Source: a virus (Duplodnaviria > Caudoviricetes). Taken from it: a DNA stretch of 32,107 nucleotides. The notes under the pieces were generated by a model. That model was not told the origin of the DNA and did no database searches. It worked only from the letters and a program-made list of their open reading frames with translations. This document shows, in pieces, positions 1 to 7,129 of this stretch (position 1 is the stretch's first letter; every line of letters starts with the position of its first letter). The translations under genes were made by a program, and so were the position numbers. The stretch is from positions 1-32,107 of IMG/VR virus record IMGVR_UViG_3300037991_003601; one strand, written 5' to 3'.

Positions 1-63
1 GGGTGTTTTTTCCGTAAGCTACTGATATATATATGCATGCGTAATAAAATGGCGTTTTTCAGA

Positions 64-91
64 ACTTCGCATAATAAGGATTATGTCTAAT
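64..91 (+). other. dif-like XerC/XerD recombination site
   Basis: ACTTCGCATAA-TAAGGA-TTATGTCTAAT, 11-6-11 architecture; 8/11 and 9/11 matches to the E. coli dif arms GGTGCGCATAA and TTATGTTAAAT; intergenic. Confidence 0.75.
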
Positions 92-150
92 TAGGCTTGC
101 CTGATCCCTAGTTTAAAATACTTTCTCAAATTATCTCACCGATTGATTTT

Positions 151-666
151 ATGCCTACTAAAAGACCGAGAGTATACCAGCAAGCAGAGAACCTTCCGGC
201 TAACCTCAAGACAGAGGAAGCTTGTCCAAACATCTTCACAGGTCAGAAGTTCTTCGATCAAAGGCCACAGGATTATGCGATGGTCGTTAAGATGTTGGCA
301 GAAGGATCGACTATCAAACAGATATGTAAAACCTGTAAAGTTTCTCCTCATACCATAGCTATCGTTAAATCCCGTGAAGGAGACACCCTGAAGGAGTCTA
401 AAAAGCATTTACGATCCTTAATTGGTACTGCGACCCATCTTGCCGTTGAAAAGCTTATTACGAAGCTTAATGACGATGAAATACCATCAGGAGTCCTCCC
501 AATCGCCACAGGCATATTAATCGATAAGCATCGCCAGTATGAAGGTGAGCCGACCCAAACCATAGAGGTAAAGAAATCTTTGAGCCTGGACGAGATCCGA
601 GCCGAGCTTGCCAACCTTAAAGATGAGAAGGTAGTTGATGCTGAGGTTTCGGATGTAGAATCTTAA
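151..666 (+). CDS. Putative terminase small subunit / HTH DNA-binding protein
   Basis: 171 aa; HTH-like segment (LAEGSTIKQICKTCKVSPHTIAIV), helical middle, GILIDK...GEPTQTIE and acidic VVDAEV tail resembling TerS-like phage proteins. Confidence 0.6.
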   Translation: MPTKRPRVYQQAENLPANLKTEEACPNIFTGQKFFDQRPQDYAMVVKMLAEGSTIKQICKTCKVSPHTIAIVKSREGDTLKESKKHLRSLIGTATHLAVEKLITKLNDDEIPSGVLPIATGILIDKHRQYEGEPTQTIEVKKSLSLDEIRAELANLKDEKVVDAEVSDVES

Positions 667-737
667 TTTTTTTCATCCCCTAGCCTACTAATTATTAGGC
701 ACTTACAACATTCGTAAAAATAAATGTAAAATATATC

Positions 738-765
738 TTGCTTTCCTGTACAGGTAAGCTAGATT
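738..765 (+). promoter_or_regulatory. Sigma70-like promoter overlapped by a palindromic operator
   Basis: TTGCTT (738-743), 16 nt, TAGATT (760-765), AT-rich upstream tract; imperfect palindrome GCTTtCCTGTACAGGtAAGC at 740-759; ATG 6 nt after the -10. Confidence 0.5.
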
Positions 766-771
766 GAGGGT

Positions 772-1032
772 ATGAACAACGAAGAACAACCAACATTTGC
801 TATTTTGAACGAGGGATCACTCCCACCACAGTACAAACTGCTTGCAGTTGAATGGGAGGATATCTGCGATAATCCACCTCACTTTGTCATACAGTACGAC
901 AGGTTTAATTACAATAGATGGACAGTTAAAGAGAGTTTCTGCTTTCAGCATCGTGCAAGTTGCAAATCACTTTCTTCAGCAATTCGCCATGTAGAAAATT
1001 CAGCTTTTCATCAAGAATCTAAAACTAAATAA
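772..1032 (+). CDS. Hypothetical protein
   Basis: 86 aa ORF directly after the predicted promoter; AT-rich. Confidence 0.65.
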   Translation: MNNEEQPTFAILNEGSLPPQYKLLAVEWEDICDNPPHFVIQYDRFNYNRWTVKESFCFQHRASCKSLSSAIRHVENSAFHQESKTK

Positions 1033-1045
1033 GGAGACCAACCAC

Positions 1046-1258
1046 ATGAACAACAAATTACACCACATTAGTCTAGACGAGATTTACAACCTTGCACTAC
1101 ATCAACTTAAACTCAAAGCCAATAGGCTTGCCCGTAAGAGTTCTAAATCTGCTCGCAATGAATTAGATGTTATTAATTCTCAGCGAAAAGATATCGCACG
1201 AGAGCTTTACCACAAATTTGGCATATCTAAAGACGAGTTGTATTTAAATGAGCGATGA
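1046..1258 (+). CDS. Hypothetical protein
   Basis: 70 aa helical ORF with AAGGAG Shine-Dalgarno upstream. Confidence 0.7.
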   Translation: MNNKLHHISLDEIYNLALHQLKLKANRLARKSSKSARNELDVINSQRKDIARELYHKFGISKDELYLNER

Positions 1259-1367
1259 TAATTATTACACCTGTCCGATCTGTCAGCTAGTCTGCCATAT
1301 CGATGACACAGAGGCTTGTACTTGCTTTCATACCGAAAACGATATTGAAGATCAGGATGACCGATAA
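1248..1367 (+). CDS. Small Cys-rich (zinc-finger-like) peptide, not in ORF track
   Basis: MSDDNYYTCPICQLVCHIDDTEACTCFHTENDIEDQDDR (39 aa); CxxC...CxC; overlaps both neighbours and fills the operon gap. Confidence 0.5.
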   Translation: MSDDNYYTCPICQLVCHIDDTEACTCFHTENDIEDQDDR

Positions 1368-1560
1368 AAAACAATGGGGCGGTAAGCGTCCAAACCAAAC
1401 CGGCCGACCGCCTGCCCGACCTGGGGTTCGCCGTGTCGGATTCCATTGCATGGTTGATCCGGCAACCCGCGACCTCATCAAGCAGTATGGACAGGCTAAG
1501 AAGTTATCAGTAGGTCAAGTGGTTGACGAGTTAGCGAGTAAAATTAAACCGAGTGAGTAG
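1357..1560 (+). CDS. Ribbon-helix-helix-like DNA-binding protein
   Basis: Likely start MTDKK at 1357 (track starts at 1303); GGKRPNQTGRPP basic arm followed by strand-helix-helix pattern RVGFHCMVDPATRDLIKQYGQAKKLSVGQVVDELA. Confidence 0.6.
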   Translation: MTDKKQWGGKRPNQTGRPPARPGVRRVGFHCMVDPATRDLIKQYGQAKKLSVGQVVDELASKIKPSE

Positions 1561-1610
1561 CTCTCCCGATCAAATCATTCAACCTGTTGATCCGACTAGT
1601 AATTCGCTTT

Positions 1611-1716
1611 AAGGCTGTTTGGATGTAGTAGTTATTGCCCTGCTGGGCGGGCAACTACTACTTACAGCCTTTTTGCACTAGTAGTACTCCTACTATATAA
1701 GGGGTTTACTACTAGT
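1611..1716. repeat. Two adjacent imperfect inverted repeats between convergent genes (terminator and/or origin element)
   Basis: 1611-1671: AAGGCTGT/ACAGCCTT, GTAGTAGTT/AACTACTAC, TTGCCC/GGGCAA nested arms; 1677-1716: ACTAGTAGTA/TACTACTAGT. Confidence 0.75.
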
Positions 1717-1739
1717 TTTGAGACAGAGTTGAGACAGGA

Positions 1740-2888
1740 TTATTCGGTATAAGAGTAAATGTTTTCCTTACCCTTTTGAGTCTTTAGTTCACTAATATTC
1801 TTCGTCTTTTTAATAAGATTTCGCAGTTTATTAGGATGTATTTCCTCGCCTGTTTTCTCCTCAAGTTTGGTTCGAAGATTATTTAATCCCATGATCGAAT
1901 TAGGTTTTAGTAGTTCGATGAGGGCGGTGGAGAGTTTATCGTTTAATAGTTTATTTTCTTTCGACTGACCTGGCTTTCGGAGTTTAGGTTCGAGGTCAGG
2001 CTTATGGATAAAGTTCGGCCAAGAAAATTCTACGACTTGAGGGGAGGGAGTCGGGAAGTCTCTGAGGGTGGCCTCGAGTACCAGGTGATCCTCCTCTTCG
2101 TGAGGGGTGAGGGTAAGGATGGCATCGGGATCTCTGGCAAACACGCCTGACCCGCTTGCCCGGTCAATGTGGTCAGTGTCAGACTTGTTTCCCTTTGAGA
2201 AGTGATGGGCATAGACGAATGAGCAGTCGAGTCGCTCGGAGAACTTTTCCATGCGGTTGACTATTTCCCCGATAGCACCTGCATCGTTCTCATCTGCCCC
2301 TGTTGCGAGCTTATAGAACGGGTCTACGATTACGAGGTCGGGGCGGTGGTCCTCGAGGTCTTCTATGTGATGTACAAGGTCTTCCAGGGTTCGGGACTGT
2401 CCTCGGAGGGAGCAGTACATAAAGTTTTGATTCTTGGGGTCATAGTCGGAGTTCGCATTGACCATTTCGGCAATCCGGCGGGCGGCAATGCGTTTTTTAA
2501 GTTCAAAGTCGAGGTAGATTACCTTGGAGGTTGCTGTGCGGTGGCCTAACCAGGTGGACCCGTTGGCGGCGGCTAGGCCGAGGTGAAGGAGGGAGAGGGT
2601 TTTACCTGCCTTGGATGAGCCTGAGATGATCATTTTGGAGCCTTTGTGGAGGACTCCTTCGATGACCTGCTTGGGCATGGGATCGGTGTTATGGGTCATC
2701 ATTTGCTCGAGGGAGAGGAACCTGGGTGGAGGTAGCGGATCATCGATTGCTATGGAGTAGGCAGTGGGCGGTGAATCCTGTTCGGTATGGGTTGGGTAAT
2801 CGATCTTGCCCTTGGATGCGAGGTATCGGTCTACCTCATCCACATCGGCGAGCACTTCGGGTGTTAGGTAATCTTCTCTTCTAGCCAT
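1740..2888 (-). CDS. RepA/AAA_25-type (RecA-like SF4) replicative helicase
   Basis: Walker A GSSKAGKT, YLDFEL, Walker B LVIVDP, HHFSKG and RASGSG motifs; C-terminal wHTH-like region. Confidence 0.9.
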   Translation of the reverse strand: MARREDYLTPEVLADVDEVDRYLASKGKIDYPTHTEQDSPPTAYSIAIDDPLPPPRFLSLEQMMTHNTDPMPKQVIEGVLHKGSKMIISGSSKAGKTLSLLHLGLAAANGSTWLGHRTATSKVIYLDFELKKRIAARRIAEMVNANSDYDPKNQNFMYCSLRGQSRTLEDLVHHIEDLEDHRPDLVIVDPFYKLATGADENDAGAIGEIVNRMEKFSERLDCSFVYAHHFSKGNKSDTDHIDRASGSGVFARDPDAILTLTPHEEEDHLVLEATLRDFPTPSPQVVEFSWPNFIHKPDLEPKLRKPGQSKENKLLNDKLSTALIELLKPNSIMGLNNLRTKLEEKTGEEIHPNKLRNLIKKTKNISELKTQKGKENIYSYTE

Positions 2889-2892
2889 GTTG

Positions 2893-3075
2893 TTATTTAT
2901 GTTTGGTTTTTATTAGAACTATAATATCGGGTTTAAAGGTCTCGGGGTCGCGGACGATCAGGACGGACTTGGTCTCATCCATCTGATCGGCAAAGTGGCA
3001 GGCCTCCTTAACAGGAACGCCTAGATTGATGAATCTTCGGGCGATCATTTTCTTGAGGAAAAACTTGTGGATCAT
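2893..3075 (-). CDS. Hypothetical protein
   Basis: 60 aa ORF exactly filling the gap between primase and helicase. Confidence 0.6.
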   Translation of the reverse strand: MIHKFFLKKMIARRFINLGVPVKEACHFADQMDETKSVLIVRDPETFKPDIIVLIKTKHK

Positions 3076-3924
3076 CTAATCCTTCCAGTAGATGATCGGT
3101 TGGGCGGCAGGCAGGCTGGCCTCTTTGCGGCGGGTTCCCCAGGGTAGCCGGCAAAGTTGGTTCATAAGTTTGAATCGTGGATCTCCACCCAGCTTTTGGG
3201 ATAGCTCGAGGAATGCCTTCTTGTTACCTGGAGTCCACTTGAACCATGCGTGGAGGGACTTCCCTCCTGAGTTTACGATCATCTTGAGTTCAGCCTCATT
3301 CTCGAGTCGTTTAATCAGGCCAAGCTGTTGCTCGAATGAGAGGGATGGATCATCTGTTTCGTGGAGTAAATATTTCCGCCCAAGCACCTGTGCCTCTGAT
3401 CGGTTGGTCGCATCGGCGGGGAAAGTGTTATAGGTGATGAACTGGTATTGGGAGAGGTCGGGTTGAGCGATCCAATCGGATACGGGTAGTAGCCTCCCCT
3501 TCTCGGCCACCTGACGCTGGACAAAGATTGATTCGTCAAGATCGAAGAGTTTGCTGACTGCCTCACCGGCATTCATAGGAATGGGGTCTGATTTTATTGT
3601 GTATTTCTCGAACAGACCTGCTTCGCCTAGATTCTGTTCCTTGAGGGAAGGATCGGGCTGAGTGACCTTGATCGGGTTGGAGGGTATGTGAGGATTCTGA
3701 TGGCGGTCGTAGGCTCCCTTAACGGCGTTTCTGACCTCGGAAGGTTGGTTGGGTCGATGTGATACATTTCGTAGGATATGCTCGACTGCTCTTTCCGCTT
3801 CACTCGCATCATCGATATGCCTGGTCACCACCAGGGCGAGTCGCAGGATGATATCATGGTGAGACAGTGTACCTGTTGGCAGATTCTCGAGGCATCTGCG
3901 AAGATCTCCTTTAAGGGTGGCCAT
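3076..3924 (-). CDS. AEP-superfamily (RepB-like) primase with N-terminal PriCT-like helical domain
   Basis: Motif I LHETDD, motif II SGGKSLHAWF, motif III region D...LCRLPWG; N-terminal HHDIILRLA...SEVRNAVKGAY resembles PriCT; adjacent to helicase. Confidence 0.8.
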   Translation of the reverse strand: MATLKGDLRRCLENLPTGTLSHHDIILRLALVVTRHIDDASEAERAVEHILRNVSHRPNQPSEVRNAVKGAYDRHQNPHIPSNPIKVTQPDPSLKEQNLGEAGLFEKYTIKSDPIPMNAGEAVSKLFDLDESIFVQRQVAEKGRLLPVSDWIAQPDLSQYQFITYNTFPADATNRSEAQVLGRKYLLHETDDPSLSFEQQLGLIKRLENEAELKMIVNSGGKSLHAWFKWTPGNKKAFLELSQKLGGDPRFKLMNQLCRLPWGTRRKEASLPAAQPIIYWKD

Positions 3925-4139
3925 TAGTCAGATAGGTACTTGGCGATCTGCTCAGTGATTTTCATCATCGCCCCTCGTTCAATTTTGGAGATTGTCTGCT
4001 TGGCGACTCCAACCTTCTGAGCGATTTCATCCTGAGTAAATCCGGCATGATCGGATGGAACCGAGCGAAGCATCTGTCTCAGCCTCGCATCGGTTGCCAT
4101 CTTTCGGACGGAGTTATTCTGTCTCCGCTCCTTTGTCAT
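3924..4139 (-). CDS. XRE/Cro-family HTH regulator
   Basis: FTQDEIAQKVGVAKQTISKIERG. Confidence 0.85.
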   Translation of the reverse strand: MTKERRQNNSVRKMATDARLRQMLRSVPSDHAGFTQDEIAQKVGVAKQTISKIERGAMMKITEQIAKYLSD

Positions 4140-4638
4140 CCACTGTTACCCACTTATCGATGAAATGCCTTGGCAGTCCCGCCTCTGAAACATGAAGGTC
4201 ATTAGGATCAGGCTCATGGCCCTTCCTGGAAATATGAACGATCTGTGTTAGGATTTCATGCCTATGGCCTAATCGCTTGATCGCCCAAGCCTCGTTCGGG
4301 AAGCGAATATCATCGAATATGATCAGACGCTTGCCCAGGTGATCCTCGGCCTGTCGCATGGCGGCATCCACCCATATGTTCGGATAGATCGTTTCCCTAC
4401 CCCACTCGGTTCCGAGTGACTGGAGCATACGCCTGACAGTTATTCCATCGGGGAAACCTGGTATTGGTTCCTCCTTTTTTTCCAGCCAAGCGGGATGCGG
4501 TAGGATTACCTCTAGCATCTCCTTTATCGGGGTGGCGAATGACAGAACGGCGGCTCCCTCGAATGATTTGGCGTAAGTGCTTTTACCCACTCCCTTGGGA
4601 CCGCATAGACCGATTATTTTAGGTGCTGGGTAGGTCAT
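4114..4638 (-). CDS. Deoxynucleoside monophosphate kinase
   Basis: IIGLCGPKGVGKST P-loop, SFATPIK, RRMLQSLGTEWGR, DDIRFPNEA, HVSE motifs typical of phage dNMP kinases. Confidence 0.92.
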   Translation of the reverse strand: MTYPAPKIIGLCGPKGVGKSTYAKSFEGAAVLSFATPIKEMLEVILPHPAWLEKKEEPIPGFPDGITVRRMLQSLGTEWGRETIYPNIWVDAAMRQAEDHLGKRLIIFDDIRFPNEAWAIKRLGHRHEILTQIVHISRKGHEPDPNDLHVSEAGLPRHFIDKWVTVDDKGAETE

Positions 4639-4727
4639 AAGATCGCCAGTGCAAAGGATAGGATGGTGTAAACGAATGTAAGTATCGCCAAACCGAATAG
4701 GATGTAATGTATTGGGTGTAATTTCAT
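4635..4727 (-). CDS. Small hydrophobic membrane peptide, not in ORF track
   Basis: MKLHPIHYILFGLAILTFVYTILSFALAIL (30 aa); ATGA overlaps with both flanking genes. Confidence 0.55.
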   Translation of the reverse strand: MKLHPIHYILFGLAILTFVYTILSFALAIL

Positions 4728-5242
4728 ATGTGTTCTCTTTTGTGGCAGTCTCGACAGACGGATATAAGTTCCCATCCTTTTTCGCTACCTGGTTGCTGTT
4801 CGTAAGATTGGTAAGATAAATGATGAACCTCAGTTGCTGGCTTAGTTAAGCATGATTGGCAGGTATAGTTATCCCTTTTTAAAATAAGCTCTCGTTTAGC
4901 CTTCCAAATATCAGTCTGTAAATACCTGTGATATTCTTCTTTGTATTGTAATCTCTGTTGTTCTTTTAATTCTGACTCCTCACGCATTCGCCTGATTCGT
5001 TCATTCTGAATATATAATTTTTGATCCTCTTCATATGCTTGAGATTCTTGTTCATTTATCACTTCAGAACCTTTGGTAGGCTCTTTCTTTTCCATCACCC
5101 CACACGCCCCACAATACTTGCATTGCTTCTTGTATGATACGCCATAGCCATTAGCTAATGCGTATGGGTGATTAGTAATCCTTACCCAATGATAAGGCTC
5201 ATCACATCGCTTAAACGATCCTGCTCCTTTTTGACATCCCAT
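4724..5242 (-). CDS. HNH endonuclease
   Basis: YLQTDIWKAKRELILKRDNYTCQSC...EVHHLSY...LISVCRDCHKREH; N-terminal CxxC; AT-richer than neighbours. Confidence 0.9.
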   Translation of the reverse strand: MGCQKGAGSFKRCDEPYHWVRITNHPYALANGYGVSYKKQCKYCGACGVMEKKEPTKGSEVINEQESQAYEEDQKLYIQNERIRRMREESELKEQQRLQYKEEYHRYLQTDIWKAKRELILKRDNYTCQSCLTKPATEVHHLSYQSYEQQPGSEKGWELISVCRDCHKREHI

Positions 5243-5243
5243 A

Positions 5244-6827
5244 TCAGTAGTGGGTTTTGATTTCTCCTTCTGCCGCCAGGGGTAATCCCTGGTAGTTCGG
5301 AGATTCTTGGGTTAGTAGTTGAAGTAAAAGGTCCAGTGCCGCCTGTCCCTCGTCCTCGCCTACCTCGAGGCAGATACTGTCGTGGACATGGAGACAGACG
5401 GGCAAGCCGGCGGCCTCTATTCGGATAAGGGCATCGGCGAATATGGATCGTGCGGTTGCCTGCACAAGGTTCTGAAAGAGTCTCGCCCCGTACAGTTTTA
5501 CCGGTTCATATCCTCGGGTAGTCGAGGCATAGAGATCTCCATCCTTTTCGTAAGCATTGAAGTAGCGGACAGGTACACCGCATCGTGTTTCAAATGTAAT
5601 ACATTCGGGAGTCTCCTTCATCCATTCGCGGAACTGGTCTTCCATCTTTGACCAGGCGAGCATGACATCAGGATTCTGTGCTCGGTAGAGAAGCACCTGT
5701 TCTTTCGCCTGTGACTCGGTCATGTTTACGCCGTAGCTTTTTGCTACCTCGACAAACTTTGCCGGTCCGCATCCATAGCCCAGCCCGAGCAGTCTCGCCT
5801 TGCATAATTTCCTCATCTCAGGGGCAAGCTCGGCCATAGGTTCATCCTCTTTGTAGAGTTTGGAAGCCCGACCATGCGCCTCATAGATATCGATTCCTCC
5901 CCTGACTAATCCGAGGAAATCGACATCGCCCACCAGGTACGCAATTACGCGCGGTTCTATCTGCGATAGGTCTGCCGATACTAAGACCCGACCGGCGGGA
6001 GCCTTGAGGCACTGCCTAGCTGAGATATCACCTATTCCATCATTAGGGATCGCCTGGAAGTTAATGACACCTCCACCGCTCCATCGTTTTGTGTGTGGAG
6101 CACCGCAGTATTTCAAACGGGTAGGAACCCGCCGGTCGGATCGTTGACCCATCAGTAGTTTTTCGAATGTTTGATTGGCTAGGTTCGCCTGTCTCCATTC
6201 GGTTGTTTGTTTCGGAGTTTCCTCTAAAATTTTATCTGTCTTATCGATGAATTGCTGACAGAGTGGTCCATCAATCGCCAGTCCACGGGATGCGATTCTT
6301 CGGGTCAGGGATGACAGCAATCTCTCCTTCTCGGGGAAGCCGGCATCTAGTTCCTGATATACCCGCAGACAGGCTCGGCTGTCCTCGAGGGCGTAGTTTA
6401 TAAATGTCTGATTCGATTGAATCTCTTCCACCGATAACCCTGCCATCTGTTCACGGGCATCCTTGGAAAGTTCCTCGTTAAAGAGTTCCTTGACTGCACC
6501 GGCAAGTGATCGGGGTAGCTGGTGATACGATGCCATATCTGCGGTACATATCCAATCGGCAGGCATGAACTCAGGCATCTGTCCTTTGAAGATGGCGGCC
6601 CTTGCACAGACAGAATCAAATTCAGCATTATGGGAGATTAGAGTCTGTCCGTTCAATCGCTCAACCGGCAGGTTCTGTGGCTCCCCTACCCATTCAAATC
6701 CATCCTCTGTTACGATAGATACCAGGGTGACCCGAAAGTCGGGATGCTTCACATATCGGTCGAGTCCGATCTTGGCTACCGAGTATCGCTTGGTGTAAAA
6801 TGTCTCGAGGTCGAAAGCGACAATCAT
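5244..6827 (-). CDS. polA: Family A DNA polymerase with 3'-5' exonuclease (compact, Leu762 type)
   Basis: ExoI DLET, ExoII HNAEFD, ExoIII YALED; motif A DLSQIEPR, motif B RKLCKARLLGLGYG, motif C HVHDS. Confidence 0.93.
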   Translation of the reverse strand: MIVAFDLETFYTKRYSVAKIGLDRYVKHPDFRVTLVSIVTEDGFEWVGEPQNLPVERLNGQTLISHNAEFDSVCARAAIFKGQMPEFMPADWICTADMASYHQLPRSLAGAVKELFNEELSKDAREQMAGLSVEEIQSNQTFINYALEDSRACLRVYQELDAGFPEKERLLSSLTRRIASRGLAIDGPLCQQFIDKTDKILEETPKQTTEWRQANLANQTFEKLLMGQRSDRRVPTRLKYCGAPHTKRWSGGGVINFQAIPNDGIGDISARQCLKAPAGRVLVSADLSQIEPRVIAYLVGDVDFLGLVRGGIDIYEAHGRASKLYKEDEPMAELAPEMRKLCKARLLGLGYGCGPAKFVEVAKSYGVNMTESQAKEQVLLYRAQNPDVMLAWSKMEDQFREWMKETPECITFETRCGVPVRYFNAYEKDGDLYASTTRGYEPVKLYGARLFQNLVQATARSIFADALIRIEAAGLPVCLHVHDSICLEVGEDEGQAALDLLLQLLTQESPNYQGLPLAAEGEIKTHY

Positions 6828-7033
6828 GGAACCTCCTTCAGTAAAGTCTGTGCCGAAAGGATCGCATTCTCGAGGTGAGGGTAAGTTGTCTCAGGAAGAT
6901 CCCTGTCGATCTTTACCCGCCAGGCATACTCCTCATGGTCGAGCCATATGTCCGCCTGCCTCGCTCCCATCTTAACGACTATCTTCTCCCCTCGGGGTAG
7001 CCCGATTCCCATTTTGTATTCTGCTTCGTTCAT
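6824..7033 (-). CDS. Hypothetical protein
   Basis: 69 aa ORF with ATGA coupling to the polymerase start. Confidence 0.7.
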   Translation of the reverse strand: MNEAEYKMGIGLPRGEKIVVKMGARQADIWLDHEEYAWRVKIDRDLPETTYPHLENAILSAQTLLKEVP

Positions 7034-7039
7034 AGTGTT

Positions 7040-7129
7040 AAAAAGAAAAGAGCAATCCCGCCCCAGCGAGTGTCCTGGAGGTGGTCTTGTTTGCCTATCG
7101 CCTTGCGGCCCAAAGGCGGGATCGCTCTT
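7040..7129 (-). other. Structured intergenic RNA element (15-bp closing stem, internal hairpins, U-tract)
   Basis: Minus-strand AAGAGCGAUCCCGCC pairs with GGCGGGAUUGCUCUU (one G-U); encloses GCC-GCAA-GGC and CCAG/CUGG hairpins; followed by UUCUUUUU. Confidence 0.55.

Noticed and set aside
1-50. Possible genome terminus or pac signal (GGGTGTTTTTTCC, ATATATATATGCATGC)
   Set aside because: Suggestive next to a TerS-like gene but cannot be tested without flanking sequence or read-end data
5244-6827. DpoZ or other modified-base polymerase system
   Set aside because: No PurZ, DatZ or other base-modification pathway genes recognisable in the window
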